From positions 141,284-181,283 of the forward strand of contig CBDDYY010000003.1 of the NCBI GenBank assembly GCA_965235745.1: a DNA stretch of 40,000 nucleotides. The letters run 5' to 3'. The position numbers were made by a program, and so were the translations under genes. This DNA comes from Candidatus Pelagibacterales bacterium. Lineage in GTDB: Bacteria; Pseudomonadota; Alphaproteobacteria; Pelagibacterales; Pelagibacteraceae. Positions 11,099 to 23,887 of the stretch are shown here, piece by piece. The notes beneath the pieces were generated by a model, which did no database searches, was not told the DNA's origin, and worked only from the letters and a program-made list of their open reading frames with translations. Within the stretch, counting starts at the first letter, position 1; each line of letters starts with the position of its first letter.

Positions 11099-14000
11099 TT
11101 AAATAGCTTCTTTCACACTTTCAACTTTTTTGTTTTTAAGCTTATCCTGCAATTCAAGATCCTTAGCTTTAGCGACATCATTCAACCTTATTCGACTCAT
11201 TCCACTACCAGCAGGTATTAATCGTCCTACAATCACATTCTCTTTTAATCCATATAAATCATCAGATTTACCCTTAATTGCTGCATCCGTAAGGACTCTG
11301 GTTGTTTCTTGGAACGAGGCAGCAGAGATAAATGATTTTGTTTGAAGCGAAGCTTTTGTGATACCTAATAAAACAGGTTCTACAGTGACTTGTTTTTTAC
11401 CTTCTTTTTTAAGTTCTTTATTTAAATTAATCACATCGATTTTATCAATAACTTCACCTAATAAATAATTACTATCACCTGGATCTTTAACTTCTACTTT
11501 TCTCAGCATTTGTCTTAAAATAACCTCTATATGCTTGTCGTTAATAACAACACCTTGAAGTCTATAAACTTCTTGCACTTCATTAACAAAGTACTCTGTT
11601 AAATATTCAATACCTAAAATTTTTAAGATATCATGTGTAGCTGGACTTCCATCTAGTAAATATTCACCTTTAGATATAGCTTCTCCAGGGTTAAAATTAA
11701 TTTGTTTTCCTTTTGGAATTAAATAATTTGATTCAACGCCACTATCATTTTGAATGGTGATTTTTTGTTTTCCACGAATTTCTTTTCCAAAAATAATTTT
11801 ACCGTCGTTTTCAGCAATTATCGCTCCATCTTTTGGTTTTCTAGCCTCAAATAATTCGGCAACTCTTGGCAATCCTCCAGTAATATCTTTTGTTTTAGAT
11901 GTAGCTTTTGGTAATCTTGCGAGAACATCCCCAGCGTTTACTTTTGCGCCATCAGCAACTGAAAGAATTGTTTCAGGTGACAAGTAGTATCTTGCTTCAT
12001 TTCCATCAGCTTTCTTAACCACTTCATCTTTACTGTCTCTAAGAGTTATTCTCGGCTTTAGGTCAAGATTTTTTGATTGTGATCTCCAATCCAATACAAT
12101 TTTCGATGATATACCAGTAGTTTCATCAGTTTTATCTGATATAGACGCTCCATCAACAAGATCAACATAATTAACTATACCTGCTGTTTCAGCGATTACG
12201 GGAAGTGTATATGGATCCCACTCACAAATTTTTTGATTCTTTTTTACGTTCTGATCAGGTCTCACAAACAACTTAGTTCCGTAGGGTATTTTGTAAGATG
12301 CTTTTACATAACCATCTTTTTCAATTGTAATTTCTATATTTCTTCCCATGACTATCAGGTTATTACTTGAGTCCTCTACTAAATTTTTGCTCACAAGTTT
12401 CAACACGCCATCTGAAGGAGCCATAATTGATGATTCTTCTTTAAAACTAGCAGTTCCACCCACGTGAAAAGTTCTCATAGTAAGTTGAGTTCCAGGCTCT
12501 CCAATTGATTGTGCAGCTATCATTCCAACGCATTCACCAACTGATACTGGCTTGCCTCTTGCTAAATCTCTACCATAACATTTTTGGCAAACACCTTTTT
12601 GGCTAGCACACGTTATTACTGAATATACTTTACAAGTTTTTACACCAGATGACTCTAATAAATCACATTTTTCCTCATCAATAATCTGTTTCTTTTTAAC
12701 AATAACCTCTCCTGTTAAAGAATTTTTTATATCTTCAGCTGCAAATCTTCCTAAAGCTCTTTCAGCTAAGCTTACAAGAACATTTCCACCTTCAATGATT
12801 TCTCCAATCGTTATTGGTTTGTCATTACCACAATCTAAAGAAGATATGATAACATCTTGCGAAACATCGCATAATCTTCTAGTCAGATATCCAGAGTTAG
12901 CTGTTTTAAGAGCAGTGTCAGCTAGACCTTTTCTGGCACCATGGGTTGAAGTAAAATATTCCAAAATTGTTAGACCTTCTTTAAAATTCGAAATAATTGG
13001 TGTTTCAATAATTTCACCTGACGGTTTTGCCATCAATCCTCTCATTCCTGCTAACTGTTTCATTTGTGCTGCAGAACCCCTTGCACCTGAATCGGCCATC
13101 ATAAAAACAGAGTTGATTTGAATTTTTCCATCTTTATCTTTTTTTGGTGTAGAAATAATGCTCATCATTTCTGAGGCAATTTTATCTGTACATTTAGACC
13201 ATTGATCAATGACTTTATTGTATTTTTCTCCTTTGGTGATCAAACCTTCAGAATATTGGTTTTCATATTCTTCAACTAATTTTTTAGCATCTTTAATTAT
13301 ATTTTTTTTACTTTCTGGAATAATTAAATCATCTTTTCCAAATGATATTCCGGCTTTAAAAGCATTTTTAAAACCTAGTGTCATCAACTTATCACAGAAA
13401 ATAACTGTATCTTTTTGACCACAAAATCTAAAAACTTTATCTATAACTTCTGAAATATTTTTTTTAGATAACGTTCTGTCAATTAGTTCAAATTTAATAT
13501 TTTTGTTTTTTGGTAAAATATTTGAGATAATAAATCTTCCAGCAGTACTTTCGTACTTTTTATAAACAGCTTTTCCTTCATCATCTTTTGTCTCAAATCT
13601 AGAAATTATTTTAGAGTGAATATGTATATCCCCTGACTCAATTGCTTGCTCAATTTCGTTGATATTTAAAAAATACCCTTGCGGTTTTTCATCTTTATTG
13701 TGCAATGGTTCTTGGGATAGATAATAAATTCCTAAAACCATGTCCTGACTTGGAACAATGATTGGCTTTCCGTTTGCAGGATGAAGAATATTGTTTGTAG
13801 ACATCATTAAAACTCTTGCCTCTAATTGAGCTTCAATACTAAGTGGAACATGAACAGCCATTTGATCTCCATCAAAATCAGCATTAAATGCAGCTGTTAC
13901 TAAAGGATGTAATTGTATAGCCTTCATCTCAGTAAGCACTGGTTCAAAAGCCTGAACACCAAGTCTATGCAATGTTGGAGCTCTGTTCAATAACACTGGG

Positions 14001-15262
14001 TGCTGTCTAATCACATGATCTAATATATCCCATACTTCTTGTTTTTCTTTTTCAACAATTTTTTTAGCTTGCTTGATTGTTGTTGCGTAACCTAATTTAT
14101 CTAATCTTGCATAAACAAAAGGTTTAAATAATTCTAAAGCCATTTTTTTTGGCAATCCGCATTGATGTAACTTAAGTTCAGGACCAGATACAATTACAGA
14201 TCTACCTGAATAATCAACTCGTTTTCCCAATAAATTTTGTCTAAATCTTCCTTGTTTACCTTTAAGCATTTCTGCTAAAGATTTTAAAGGTCTCTTACCG
14301 GTACCCGTTATTACTCTGCCTCTTCTTCCATTGTCAAAAAGAGCATCAACTGACTCTTGCAACATTCTTTTTTCATTTCTAACAATAATGTCAGGAGCTC
14401 TTAGATCCATTAATCTTCTTAAACGATTATTTCTATTTATTACCCGTCTATACAAATCATTCAAATCTGAAGTAGCAAATCTTCCACCATCTAAAGGGAC
14501 TAGAGGCCTTAATTCTGGAGGAATAACTGGCAAAGTAGTTAAAATCATCCACTCGGCTTTATTTCCTGAGGCAATAAATGACTCAATCAATTTTAATCTC
14601 TTAATAGTTCTTTCTTCATTTACTTTAGATGTTATTGTTTTTAATTCTTCTCTTAAACGATCTCTATCTGCTTCCATGTCTAAATTCGCTAGACAGTCTC
14701 TAATAGCTGATGCACCAATACCACCTGTAAATTGATCTTCGCCAAATTCTTCTTGGGCCTTTAAAAACTCTTCTTCACTAATAATTTGATTTCTATGAAA
14801 AGGAGTTAGGCCTGGTTCAATAATTATGAAATTTTCGTAGTACAAAACTTTTTCTAAGTCTTTTAATTTCAAGTCTAAAGCTAAAGCAATTCTGCTTGGT
14901 AAGGATTTTAAAAACCAAATATGAGAAACGGGGGTAGCAAGCTCAATATGACCCATTCTATCTCTTCTAACATTAGATTTTGTTATTTCTGTTCCGCATT
15001 TTTCACAAATAATTCCTCTAAACTTCATTCCCTTGTATTTTCCACACAAGCACTCATAGTCTTTAACAGGCCCAAAAATTCTGGCGCAAAATAAGCCATC
15101 TTTTTCAGGTTTAAAGGTTCTATAATTTATTGTTTCGGGTTTTTTAATTTCACCAAATGACCAGGATTTAATTTTTTCTGGGCTAGCTAGTGATATTTTA
15201 ATTTTTGAAAAAACGTCTTTGCTGATTTTTTTTGAAAATAAGTTTGATAATTCTCTACTCAT
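11099..15262 (-). CDS. rpoC: DNA-directed RNA polymerase subunit beta'
   Basis: 1387-aa ORF with the catalytic [16 protein letters not shown] motif and the N-terminal Zn-binding CLCGKY..C..CG. Confidence 0.98.
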   Translation of the reverse strand: MSRELSNLFSKKISKDVFSKIKISLASPEKIKSWSFGEIKKPETINYRTFKPEKDGLFCARIFGPVKDYECLCGKYKGMKFRGIICEKCGTEITKSNVRRDRMGHIELATPVSHIWFLKSLPSRIALALDLKLKDLEKVLYYENFIIIEPGLTPFHRNQIISEEEFLKAQEEFGEDQFTGGIGASAIRDCLANLDMEADRDRLREELKTITSKVNEERTIKRLKLIESFIASGNKAEWMILTTLPVIPPELRPLVPLDGGRFATSDLNDLYRRVINRNNRLRRLMDLRAPDIIVRNEKRMLQESVDALFDNGRRGRVITGTGKRPLKSLAEMLKGKQGRFRQNLLGKRVDYSGRSVIVSGPELKLHQCGLPKKMALELFKPFVYARLDKLGYATTIKQAKKIVEKEKQEVWDILDHVIRQHPVLLNRAPTLHRLGVQAFEPVLTEMKAIQLHPLVTAAFNADFDGDQMAVHVPLSIEAQLEARVLMMSTNNILHPANGKPIIVPSQDMVLGIYYLSQEPLHNKDEKPQGYFLNINEIEQAIESGDIHIHSKIISRFETKDDEGKAVYKKYESTAGRFIISNILPKNKNIKFELIDRTLSKKNISEVIDKVFRFCGQKDTVIFCDKLMTLGFKNAFKAGISFGKDDLIIPESKKNIIKDAKKLVEEYENQYSEGLITKGEKYNKVIDQWSKCTDKIASEMMSIISTPKKDKDGKIQINSVFMMADSGARGSAAQMKQLAGMRGLMAKPSGEIIETPIISNFKEGLTILEYFTSTHGARKGLADTALKTANSGYLTRRLCDVSQDVIISSLDCGNDKPITIGEIIEGGNVLVSLAERALGRFAAEDIKNSLTGEVIVKKKQIIDEEKCDLLESSGVKTCKVYSVITCASQKGVCQKCYGRDLARGKPVSVGECVGMIAAQSIGEPGTQLTMRTFHVGGTASFKEESSIMAPSDGVLKLVSKNLVEDSSNNLIVMGRNIEITIEKDGYVKASYKIPYGTKLFVRPDQNVKKNQKICEWDPYTLPVIAETAGIVNYVDLVDGASISDKTDETTGISSKIVLDWRSQSKNLDLKPRITLRDSKDEVVKKADGNEARYYLSPETILSVADGAKVNAGDVLARLPKATSKTKDITGGLPRVAELFEARKPKDGAIIAENDGKIIFGKEIRGKQKITIQNDSGVESNYLIPKGKQINFNPGEAISKGEYLLDGSPATHDILKILGIEYLTEYFVNEVQEVYRLQGVVINDKHIEVILRQMLRKVEVKDPGDSNYLLGEVIDKIDVINLNKELKKEGKKQVTVEPVLLGITKASLQTKSFISAASFQETTRVLTDAAIKGKSDDLYGLKENVIVGRLIPAGSGMSRIRLNDVAKAKDLELQDKLKNKKVESVKEAI

Positions 15263-15266
15263 AAAT

Positions 15267-18200
15267 TTAGTTTAACTCCAAGTTTAATGCTAATGACCTA
15301 ATTTCTTTAACTAAAACGTTGAATGACTCAGGAATACCAGACTCAAAATCATCATCACCCTTAACGATAGTTTCGTAAACTTTTGTTCTACCTGCAACGT
15401 CATCCGATTTTACTGTTAAAATTTCTTGCAAAGTATAAGCGGCACCGTATGCTTCAAGAGCCCAAACTTCCATCTCTCCAAATCTTTGACCACCAAATTG
15501 AGCTTTTCCACCCAAAGGTTGTTGTGTTACTAAACTGTAAGGACCAGTAGATCTTGCATGAATTTTATCATCGACCATGTGATAAAGTTTAAGCATATAA
15601 ATAATACCAACAGTTACTTCTCTATCAAATTTTTCACCAGTTCTTCCATCAAATAATGTAGTTTGGCCACTTTCTGGCAAACCAGCAAATTTAAGCATGT
15701 TAGTTACATCATCAACACTTGCTCCATCAAAAACTGGTGTTGCAATTGGAACACCATGGCTTAAATTTTTTAAAACCTCAGCGAGTTCAGTCGTATTAAA
15801 ATTTTGTATTTCTTTTTCTATTTCCTTGTTTGTATAAATTGAAGACAAGGCGTCTTTTGTAGTTGATGCATTTTTTATATTTTTTTGATACTCATTTAAA
15901 ATATTTTTAATTTTCTCTCCTAACTCTGAGCATGCCCATCCTAAATGCGTCTCTAAAATCTGACCAACATTCATACGACTAGGAACACCTAATGGATTCA
16001 AAACAATGTCCACGGGTTTTCCGTTAGACATATATGGCATGTCTTCTGCTGGAACAATTCTACTTATGACACCTTTGTTTCCATGCCTTCCAGCCATTTT
16101 ATCGCCAGGCTGTAGTTTCCTTTTCATTGCAACAAAAACTTTTACCATTTTCATCACACCAGGTAATAGCTCATCACCTCTTTCGATCTTATCAACTTTA
16201 TCATCAAATCTTATTTGAATATCTTTTTTAGCCTTAGAATATTGCTCTTTTAAAATTGAAAGATCTGATAAAGACTTTTCAGAGTCAGTTGAAATTTTAA
16301 GAGTATCCGACAAAGACAGTTCCGCTAGTATTTCCTTAGTTAACTTAGTTCCTTTTTCAATTTTCTTAAAATCTGCACCTAGTGATGTTCCTTCAAGAAT
16401 TTCCATAGCTCTACTTTTGATATTCATTTCTAAAATAGTTTCTTCAGCTTGTTTGTCGTTTAAAACTGACTCAATTTCAGCTTTTTCAATAGAAAGCGCT
16501 CTTTCATCTTTTTCAATACCATGTCTGTTAAAAACTCTTACCTCTACTACTGTTCCTCCAGTACCCGATGGCATTTTTAGAGATGTATCTCTAACATCAA
16601 TCGCTTTTTCTCCAAAAATAGCTCTAAGCAACTTTTCTTCAGAAGTAACTTTGGTGTCACCTTTTGGTGTAAGTTTTCCAACCAAAATATCTCCTGGTTT
16701 TACTTCAGCACCAACATAAACTATTCCTGACTCGTCTAGATTTCTTAAAGCTTCTTCACTAGTATTGGGTATGTCCCTGGTAATTTCTTCTGGCCCAAGC
16801 TTTGTATCTCTAGCCATTACATCGTATTCCTCAATATGAATTGAGGTAAAAACATCTTCTGAAACACATCTCTCAGAAATTAATATTGAGTCTTCAAAAT
16901 TATAACCAAGCCATGGCATGAAAGCCACCATCACGTTTTTACCTAAAGCTAACTCACCAAATTGAGTTGATGGACCATCTGCGATCACGTCACCTTGTTT
17001 CACCATGTCACCAACTTTAACCAGTGGTCTTTGGTTTGTGCAGGTATTTTGGTTGGATCTTTGAAATTTTTGAAGATTGTAGATATCGACACTTGATTTA
17101 GTTAAATCTTTTTCATTAGTAGCTTTAACAACTATTCTTTTTCCATCAATTTTTTCTACAACACCATCTCTTTTTGCAACTATTGTTGCACCTGAATCCA
17201 GTGCCACATCTTTTTCCATTCCTGTTCCAACAAGCGGAGACTCGTTTTTGATTAATGGAACAGCTTGTCTCATCATATTCGATCCCATTAAAGCTCTATT
17301 TGCATCGTCATTTTCTAAAAATGGAATTAAAGCTGCTGCAACAGAGACAACTTGTTTGGGTGAAACATCCATATAATCAATATTTTCTGGTTTAGATAAT
17401 TCGAAGCCAAGATTTTTTCTACAAGATACTAACTCATCTTTAAAAGAACTATCATCATTTAAAATAGAGTTTGCTTGAGCAATAGTAAATCGACCTTCCT
17501 CCATCGCCGAGAGATGATGTATCTCTTTTGTGACTTTCCCATTTTTTACAACTCTGTAAGGACTTTCTATAAATCCATATCTGTTGACTTTAGAATAAGT
17601 TGCCAAACTATTAATCAAACCAATGTTGGGTCCTTCTGGTGTTTCAATCGGACATATTCTACCATAATGAGTTGGGTGAACATCGCGAACTTCAAATCCT
17701 GCTCTTTCCCTTGTTAAACCTCCAGGCCCTAATGCAGACACTCTTCTTTTGTGAGTTATTTCTGCCAAAGGATTAGTCTGATCCATAAATTGAGATAATT
17801 GAGAAGTTCCAAAAAACTCTTTTAGAGATGCCGCGATTGGTTTTGAGTTAATTAAATCTTGTGGCATTACAGTATCAATTTCAACAGAGGACATTTTTTC
17901 TTTTATGGCTCTTTCCATTCTAACCAAGCCAATCCTAAACTGATTTTCAACAAGCTCACCTACAGATCTAACTCTTCTGTTACCAAGATGGTCAATATCA
18001 TCAACATCTTCTCTGCCGTCTTTTAAGCGAAGCATTTTTTCAACTATTTTAAGAATATCTTCTTTGGTAAGAACAGTATTTTTTACGTCAATATTTAAGT
18101 CTAATTTGCTGTTTAGTTTTACTCTACCAACATCAGAAAGGTCATATCTTGTGTTGTTAAAAAATAAGTTATTAAATAAATTTCTAGAAGTTTCTACGGT

Positions 18201-19343
18201 AGGTGGTTCACCTGGTCTCAAAACTCTATATATATCCATACAAGCTTCGTCAGAGTTGTTATTTTTATCTACAACAAGTGTATTTCTCAAATAAGATCCG
18301 ATATTTACTCCATCAATTTCAGATAAATAAAAAGTCTTTATCCCAAGTTTTTTAAGCTTGTCAGCTGTTTCTGATGTAACCTCATCACCAGATTCAAAGT
18401 AAACTTCTCCAGTTTTTTCATTTATTATATCATTAGCAAAATACCTGCCATGCAATTCCTCAAAATTTACTAAAATATTTTTTAAACCTTCTTTGTGAAA
18501 TTTTTGAGCTAATGGAAGAGGTATTTTTGTACTTTCTTTTGCAACTTTTTTACCTGTATCCGCATCAATAAGATCAAATCTTAATTTTGAATTTTTATAT
18601 TTTTCAAATAAAAATTTGGTTTTGCAAGAACTGTCATCAACTACATCGTATCTTATTGGATTGTGAAAAAGATTTAAAATCTCATCTTTATCGTGACCCA
18701 AAGCCATTAAAAGAGTAGTAACAGGAATCTTTCGTTTTCTATCAATTCTAAAATATAAAATATCTTTTATATCATATTCTAAATCTAACCATGATCCTCT
18801 GTAAGGAATAACTCGACAATTAAAAAGTAGTTTTCCGCTTGAGTGTGACTTTCCTTTATCATGATCTAAAAAAAGTCCAGGACTTCTGTGCATTTGATTT
18901 ACAACAACACGATCAGTACCATTAATTACAAACGTTCCTTTTTCAGTCATTAGAGGAACATCGCTCATGTAAACTTCTTGTTCTTTTGCTGATAGAATTT
19001 GTTTGGTTTGAGCTTCCTCGTTAATGTCGTAAGCTACTAATCTTAATGTAACTTTTAGTGGAGCTGAATAAGTTAGTCCACGTTGTTTACATTCAGCAAC
19101 ATCATATTTTTCATTTTCAAAACGATAAGAAATATATTCTATAGTTGCATGTCCTGCAAAATCTTCTATAGGAAAAACTTCCTTGAATACTTTATCTAAA
19201 CCAGACTTTCCTTCTTCACTTAATTTTAAAAAGCTATTGTAAGATTGTCTTTGAACTTCAATTAAATCTGGAATTTTTAAAATGTTTTCAAGTTTACCAA
19301 AACTTTTTCTTATTTTTTTTTTATCTGTAAAAGATAAATGCAT
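15267..19343 (-). CDS. rpoB: DNA-directed RNA polymerase subunit beta
   Basis: 1358-aa ORF with ..[19 protein letters not shown].. and ..[20 protein letters not shown].. motifs. Confidence 0.98.
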   Translation of the reverse strand: MHLSFTDKKKIRKSFGKLENILKIPDLIEVQRQSYNSFLKLSEEGKSGLDKVFKEVFPIEDFAGHATIEYISYRFENEKYDVAECKQRGLTYSAPLKVTLRLVAYDINEEAQTKQILSAKEQEVYMSDVPLMTEKGTFVINGTDRVVVNQMHRSPGLFLDHDKGKSHSSGKLLFNCRVIPYRGSWLDLEYDIKDILYFRIDRKRKIPVTTLLMALGHDKDEILNLFHNPIRYDVVDDSSCKTKFLFEKYKNSKLRFDLIDADTGKKVAKESTKIPLPLAQKFHKEGLKNILVNFEELHGRYFANDIINEKTGEVYFESGDEVTSETADKLKKLGIKTFYLSEIDGVNIGSYLRNTLVVDKNNNSDEACMDIYRVLRPGEPPTVETSRNLFNNLFFNNTRYDLSDVGRVKLNSKLDLNIDVKNTVLTKEDILKIVEKMLRLKDGREDVDDIDHLGNRRVRSVGELVENQFRIGLVRMERAIKEKMSSVEIDTVMPQDLINSKPIAASLKEFFGTSQLSQFMDQTNPLAEITHKRRVSALGPGGLTRERAGFEVRDVHPTHYGRICPIETPEGPNIGLINSLATYSKVNRYGFIESPYRVVKNGKVTKEIHHLSAMEEGRFTIAQANSILNDDSSFKDELVSCRKNLGFELSKPENIDYMDVSPKQVVSVAAALIPFLENDDANRALMGSNMMRQAVPLIKNESPLVGTGMEKDVALDSGATIVAKRDGVVEKIDGKRIVVKATNEKDLTKSSVDIYNLQKFQRSNQNTCTNQRPLVKVGDMVKQGDVIADGPSTQFGELALGKNVMVAFMPWLGYNFEDSILISERCVSEDVFTSIHIEEYDVMARDTKLGPEEITRDIPNTSEEALRNLDESGIVYVGAEVKPGDILVGKLTPKGDTKVTSEEKLLRAIFGEKAIDVRDTSLKMPSGTGGTVVEVRVFNRHGIEKDERALSIEKAEIESVLNDKQAEETILEMNIKSRAMEILEGTSLGADFKKIEKGTKLTKEILAELSLSDTLKISTDSEKSLSDLSILKEQYSKAKKDIQIRFDDKVDKIERGDELLPGVMKMVKVFVAMKRKLQPGDKMAGRHGNKGVISRIVPAEDMPYMSNGKPVDIVLNPLGVPSRMNVGQILETHLGWACSELGEKIKNILNEYQKNIKNASTTKDALSSIYTNKEIEKEIQNFNTTELAEVLKNLSHGVPIATPVFDGASVDDVTNMLKFAGLPESGQTTLFDGRTGEKFDREVTVGIIYMLKLYHMVDDKIHARSTGPYSLVTQQPLGGKAQFGGQRFGEMEVWALEAYGAAYTLQEILTVKSDDVAGRTKVYETIVKGDDDFESGIPESFNVLVKEIRSLALNLELN

Positions 19344-19393
19344 AATTTATTTTCTACCCAGTTTTACCCAGGTTTAACTTGGTAACGTTAAAC

Positions 19394-19768
19394 TTATTTT
19401 AATTCGATCTTAGCGCCAATTGCTGCAAATTTTTTCTGCAACTCTTCCGCATCTTTTTTACTCACACCTTGCTTCAATTCTTTTGGAGCTGCTTCAACAA
19501 GATCTTTAGCTTCTTTTAATCCCAGTCCTGTAAATGCTCTCACTTCTTTAATTGCGCCAATTTTATTTTCTCCAGCAGAAGCAAGCACTACAGTAAATTC
19601 AGATTTTTCTTCGGCAGGTGCACCACCAGCAGCAGCACCGCTTGCCGCAACAGCTACTGGAGCAGCAGCAGTTACTCCCCACTTTTCTTCTAAAACTTTT
19701 GAAAGCTCAGCAGCCTCAACTACAGTTAATTTTGATAAATCTTCTACAATTTTATTTAAGTCAGTCAT
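19394..19768 (-). CDS. rplL: 50S ribosomal protein L7/L12
   Basis: 124-aa ORF with an Ala-rich hinge plus ..[23 protein letters not shown]... Confidence 0.96.
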   Translation of the reverse strand: MTDLNKIVEDLSKLTVVEAAELSKVLEEKWGVTAAAPVAVAASGAAAGGAPAEEKSEFTVVLASAGENKIGAIKEVRAFTGLGLKEAKDLVEAAPKELKQGVSKKDAEELQKKFAAIGAKIELK

Positions 19769-19795
19769 TTATATTTGGTTCCTTGAATTAAGAGG

Positions 19796-20308
19796 TTAAT
19801 CTTTTTTTAAACTTTTTGCGTGCGCCAAATTAGCAATTTTTGCGCCAGGTGCAAGCAAAATACTTATTAATTGTTGTGCAGGTTTTTGCAAAATTCCTAC
19901 TATTTTTGCTCTTGCTTCGCTCAATGTAGGTAATGTCGCAATTTTAGCTACGTCTTCTGGAGCTAAAACCTTACTATCCATTACGCCTCCAATTATTTTT
20001 AACATTTCATTGCTTTTTTGAAAATTAACCAATGTTTTGGCAAGGGTAATAGGATCTTTTGATAGAGCAACTCCAGTTTGTCCTGAAAATAAACTGATTG
20101 CCTCTTCATGCTGAGTGTCTTTTAATGCAATTTTTGTAATTCTATTTTTGGTAACTTTTAATAAAGCTCCTGACTCTCTCATCTTTCTTCTTAGTTCCTC
20201 TAACTGATTAACATTTAAACCTTGGTAATGATAAACCATCATTGCTGCATTTTCCTTTAAACTTTCTTTAAGAGAGTTAATATAATTTACTTTTTGTTCT
20301 TTATTCAT
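19796..20308 (-). CDS. rplJ: 50S ribosomal protein L10
   Basis: 170-aa ORF between rplA and rplL, with an L10-like sequence. Confidence 0.93.
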   Translation of the reverse strand: MNKEQKVNYINSLKESLKENAAMMVYHYQGLNVNQLEELRRKMRESGALLKVTKNRITKIALKDTQHEEAISLFSGQTGVALSKDPITLAKTLVNFQKSNEMLKIIGGVMDSKVLAPEDVAKIATLPTLSEARAKIVGILQKPAQQLISILLAPGAKIANLAHAKSLKKD

Positions 20309-20310
20309 TG

Positions 20311-21003
20311 TTAATTAGATAAGTTAAGTTTTACAGAAGGGCCCATAGAATTAGTTACAAAGACGTTCTTGATATAATTCCCTTTTAATCCAGCGGGCTT
20401 TTCTTTTTCAATTGTGTCATACACAGATTTAAAATTATCAATAATTTTTTTATCGTCAAAATTTACTCTGCCAATAGAGAGACTTAAATTTCCATCTTTA
20501 TCACATCGAATTTCTACTTTTCCTTTTTTAATATCCGCAACAGCTTTTTTTATATTAGGAGAAACAGTTCCATACTTTGGATTGGGCATAATTCCTTTGG
20601 GTCCTAAAACTTTTCCTAATTTTCCAACTTTTGACATCATGTCTGGTGTAGAAATCAAAACATCAAAATCAATTTTTCCAGAATTAATTGACTCTATCAA
20701 ATCTTCGGAGCCAGCAATGTCTGCTCCAGCAGTTTTTGCTTCCTCAATTTTGTCATTAGGACAAATAACAGCTATACGAATTTTTTTTCCATTGCCGTTT
20801 GGTAAATCAACAGTAGTTCTTAAAACACTGTCAGGTTTTGATTTGTCGACCGCTAAAGAAAAAGTTACATCAAAGGATTCAATAAATTTAGCATTTGACT
20901 TTTCTTTGATAAGTTTCACAGCTTCATCAATTTTTAGCTGCTTATTCGCATCTAAATTTTTTATTAACGATTGATATCTTTTTGATAATTTTTTTTTTGC
21001 CAT
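20311..21003 (-). CDS. rplA: 50S ribosomal protein L1
   Basis: 230-aa ORF with L1 motifs (..GPKGIMPNPKYGTV..). Confidence 0.95.
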   Translation of the reverse strand: MAKKKLSKRYQSLIKNLDANKQLKIDEAVKLIKEKSNAKFIESFDVTFSLAVDKSKPDSVLRTTVDLPNGNGKKIRIAVICPNDKIEEAKTAGADIAGSEDLIESINSGKIDFDVLISTPDMMSKVGKLGKVLGPKGIMPNPKYGTVSPNIKKAVADIKKGKVEIRCDKDGNLSLSIGRVNFDDKKIIDNFKSVYDTIEKEKPAGLKGNYIKNVFVTNSMGPSVKLNLSN

Positions 21004-21428
21004 TAGTCTACTACCTGAATACCCATTGATCTTGCTGAACCTGCAATAATTTTTATTGCCTGCTCAACATCAAATGCATTTAAATCTTTCATCTTAGCTT
21101 CTGCAATTTTTTTTAACTGCTCTTTTGTAATTGTTCCAGCTGAAACTCTACCAGGCTCTTTTGATCCTGATTTTAATTTAAGCGCTTCCTTGATCAAATG
21201 AGATGCTGGAGGTGTTTTAATTATAAAATCAAATTTTTTATCTTTATAAATTGTGATAACAACAGGAACGGGTTGTCCCATAAAATCTTTAGTTTTATCA
21301 TTAAAAGCTTTGCAAAATTCCATAATATTTATTCCTCTTTGTCCCAATGCAGGACCCACTGGAGGAGCTGGATTAGCCTGACCACCTTTAATTTGTAACT
21401 TTAAATATCCTGTAATTTCTTTTGCCAT
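21003..21428 (-). CDS. rplK: 50S ribosomal protein L11
   Basis: 141-aa ORF, ..[34 protein letters not shown].., canonical L11. Confidence 0.96.
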   Translation of the reverse strand: MAKEITGYLKLQIKGGQANPAPPVGPALGQRGINIMEFCKAFNDKTKDFMGQPVPVVITIYKDKKFDFIIKTPPASHLIKEALKLKSGSKEPGRVSAGTITKEQLKKIAEAKMKDLNAFDVEQAIKIIAGSARSMGIQVVD

Positions 21429-21434
21429 ATTTTT

Positions 21435-21961
21435 TTATAACTTTTCAACCTGAGTATAATCTAAATCTACAGGTGTGGGCCTACCAAATATAGAAACTGA
21501 AACCTTAAGTCTAGATTTTTCTTCATCAATTTCTTCGATTAATCCATTAAATGATGCAAAAGGTCCGTCTGACACCTTAACTTGTTCACCAATGCTAAAT
21601 ATTACTGAATTTGTAGGATTGGAAACGCTTTCTTCCATATTTCCCAAGTATTTTTGATACTTCTTCTTCTGAAATAGGAGAGGGCTTTCCTTGTGGTCCT
21701 AAAAAACCACTAACTTTCTTCAAGTTTTTAATTAAATGATAAATAGTATCTGTCATATTTAGTTTGGCCAAGAACATATCCAGGAAAATACTTCTTTTTA
21801 ACTATAGTTTTTTTTCCTTTTTTAATTTCAGTAACATCTTGTGTGGGAACCAAGACTTGATCAAAATGATCAGATAATTTAGCTTTTACCAGCTCTTCTT
21901 CTATTTGTTCTGAAACTTTTTTTTCAAATCCTGAATACGATTGAACAATATACCATTTCAT
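21435..21961 (-). pseudogene. nusG: Transcription termination/antitermination factor NusG, split over three frames (two single-nucleotide excesses near 21766-21772 and 21639-21660)
   Basis: Three track ORFs are consecutive NusG segments, each in the next +1 frame. 21728..21961 is the NGN domain (MKWYIVQSYSGFEKKV..FPGYVL). 21595..21777 reads ..[37 protein letters not shown]. 21435..21647 is the KOW domain ([51 protein letters not shown]). The span is 527 nt = 3n+2. Confidence 0.88.
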
Positions 21962-21969
21962 AATATTTT

Positions 21970-22155
21970 TTATGCTCCAATTAAGTAATTAAGACCATAT
22001 TTAAAAATTTGATCTAGAATTAGAAAAAACAAAGAAGCTATGACAGCCATAACAATTACCATTACTGAACCCATCAATGCTTCTTTGCTTGAGGGCCATG
22101 TAATTTTAAAAATTTCCTGTTTTACGCTTCTAAAAAAGTTTAATGGGTTTTGCAT
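21970..22155 (-). CDS. secE: Preprotein translocase subunit SecE
   Basis: 61-aa ORF, ..VKQEIFKITWPSSKEALMGSVMVIVMAVIASLFFLILD.., with a single C-terminal TM. Canonical position upstream of nusG. Confidence 0.9.
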   Translation of the reverse strand: MQNPLNFFRSVKQEIFKITWPSSKEALMGSVMVIVMAVIASLFFLILDQIFKYGLNYLIGA

Positions 22156-22175
22156 AGTTATTTATATCTCAAAAC

Positions 22176-22251
22176 TGGCAGGAGTGGAGGGACTTGAACC
22201 CACAGCCTCCGGTTTTGGAGACCGGCGCTCTACCAGTTGAGCTACACTCCT
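22176..22251 (-). tRNA. trnW: tRNA-Trp (anticodon CCA)
   Basis: The minus strand reads AGGAGTGTAGCTCAACTGGTAGAGCGCCGGTCTCCAAAACCGGAGGCTGTGGGTTCAAGTCCCTCCACTCCTGCCA. It folds as a cloverleaf with anticodon loop CT-CCA-AA and an encoded CCA end. Confidence 0.93.
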
Positions 22252-22261
22252 TTGTAGAGTT

Positions 22262-23458
22262 TTACTCTATAACTTTAGTTACTACTCCCGCACCAACAGT
22301 TCTTCCACCCTCTCGAATTGCAAACTTAAGATTTTCATCCATCGCAATAGGGCTTATTAAAGTTACTGTCATTTTAGCATCATCACCAGGCATAATCATT
22401 TCTGTACCTTCAGGTAATGTTACTTCTCCAGTAACGTCAGTAGTTCTAAAATAAAACTGCGGTCTATATTTAGTAAAAAAAGGTGTGTGTCTTCCACCCT
22501 CTTCTTTTTTTAATATATAAGCTTGAGCCTCAAATTTTGTGTGTGGTTTGATTGAACCAGGTTTCGCAAGAACTTGGCCTCTTTCCACTTGTGTTCTTTC
22601 AATACCTCTTAAAAGTACTCCCACGTTATCTCCAGCTTCACCTGAGTCTAAAAGTTTTCTAAACATTTCAACTCCAGTGCAGACTGTTTTTTGTGTATCT
22701 CTAATTCCAACAATCTCTAAATCTTCACCAGTTTTAACTTGGCCTAATTCAATTCTACCAGTCACAACTGTTCCTCTTCCTGAAATAGAAAAAACATCTT
22801 CAATTGGCATCAAGAAAGGTTTGTCAACAGGTCTTGCTGGTTGAGGAATAGTTTCGTCAACAGCTTTCATTAATTCTAAAATAGGTTTTACACCCATTTC
22901 CATATCTCCCTCTAAAGCTTTCAAAGCTGATCCCTTAATGATTGGAATTGTATCACCTGGAAATTTATATGAAGAAAGAAGTTCTCTAATTTCCATTTCA
23001 ACTAAATCTAAAAGTTCTTTATCATTTACCGTGTCACATTTATTTAAAAAAACAACAAGCGCAGGAACACCAACTTGTCTAGCAAGAAGAATGTGCTCTC
23101 TAGTTTGAGGCATTGGACCATCTGCTGCGTTAACAACTAAGATAGCTCCGTCCATTTGGGCTGCACCAGTAATCATATTTTTTACGTAGTCAGCGTGACC
23201 AGGACAATCAACGTGCGCATAATGTCTTTTTGCAGTTTCGTATTCAACGTGAGCAGTAGAAATAGTTATACCTCTAGCTTTTTCTTCAGGAGATTTATCA
23301 ATCTGATCATAAGCAGTAAAAGTTGCTGCCGAACCTTCTCCTGCAGTTGATAAAACTTTTGTTATTGCTGCAGTTAAAGTTGTTTTTCCATGATCCACGT
23401 GTCCGATTGTACCAATATTGCAATGAGGTTTATTCCTGTTAAATTTCTCTTTAGACAT
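22262..23458 (-). CDS. tuf: Elongation factor Tu
   Basis: 398-aa ORF, ..[15 protein letters not shown].., [12 protein letters not shown], canonical EF-Tu. Confidence 0.98.
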   Translation of the reverse strand: MSKEKFNRNKPHCNIGTIGHVDHGKTTLTAAITKVLSTAGEGSAATFTAYDQIDKSPEEKARGITISTAHVEYETAKRHYAHVDCPGHADYVKNMITGAAQMDGAILVVNAADGPMPQTREHILLARQVGVPALVVFLNKCDTVNDKELLDLVEMEIRELLSSYKFPGDTIPIIKGSALKALEGDMEMGVKPILELMKAVDETIPQPARPVDKPFLMPIEDVFSISGRGTVVTGRIELGQVKTGEDLEIVGIRDTQKTVCTGVEMFRKLLDSGEAGDNVGVLLRGIERTQVERGQVLAKPGSIKPHTKFEAQAYILKKEEGGRHTPFFTKYRPQFYFRTTDVTGEVTLPEGTEMIMPGDDAKMTVTLISPIAMDENLKFAIREGGRTVGAGVVTKVIE

Positions 23459-23496
23459 TATTTTTTTTAATCCTTATTTTTAGTTTAGTTTTTTTT

Positions 23497-23570
23497 TGGA
23501 GCGGGTGAAGAGAATCGAACTCTCACAACCAGCTTGGAAGGCTGGAGTTCTACCATTGAACTACACCCGC
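23497..23570 (-). tRNA. trnG: tRNA-Gly (anticodon TCC)
   Basis: The minus strand reads GCGGGTGTAGTTCAATGGTAGAACTCCAGCCTTCCAAGCTGGTTGTGAGAGTTCGATTCTCTTCACCCGCTCCA, with anticodon loop CT-TCC-AA. Confidence 0.92.
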
Positions 23571-23675
23571 AGTACCAAACTGTTATACCCACAACAGCCA
23601 AGTGCTTATAGCATTAAAGTTTGAATAATCAACTATTTGCAATATAAAAAAAACATAACAAATTAAGCATTTTTT

Positions 23676-23761
23676 TGGTGGAGGGAGAAGGATTTGCACC
23701 TTCGAAGGCCGGAGCCAGCGGGTTTACAGCCCGCCCCATTTGACTGCTTTGGTATCCCTCC
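23676..23761 (-). tRNA. trnY: tRNA-Tyr (anticodon GTA), long variable arm
   Basis: The minus strand reads GGAGGGATACCAAAGCAGTCAAATGGGGCGGGCTGTAAACCCGCTGGCTCCGGCCTTCGAAGGTGCAAATCCTTCTCCCTCCACCA, with anticodon loop CT-GTA-AA. Confidence 0.92.
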
Positions 23762-23887
23762 AACAGAATTAACTTTTATTTTTAATGCTGGAAATAAGGC
23801 ATTAATCATAATAATCAAAAAAAGTATAGCTTTTGCAATTCTCTTTATAAAATACAATAGTAACATAACTAATTATATTAAAAAGCA

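Noticed and set aside
19344-19393. GTTTAAC-8 nt-GTTAAAC hairpin plus TACCCAG direct repeat between rplL and rpoB as the classical rplL-rpoB attenuator
   Set aside because: The stem is 7 bp and almost all A-T, and no U-run follows. It is too weak to call from sequence alone.
23571-23675. 105-nt spacer between tRNA-Gly and tRNA-Tyr as a decayed tRNA-Thr (E. coli has thrU-tyrU-glyT-thrT-tufB)
   Set aside because: I could find no acceptor or T-arm-like pairing, nor GTTCGA-type T-loop remnants.
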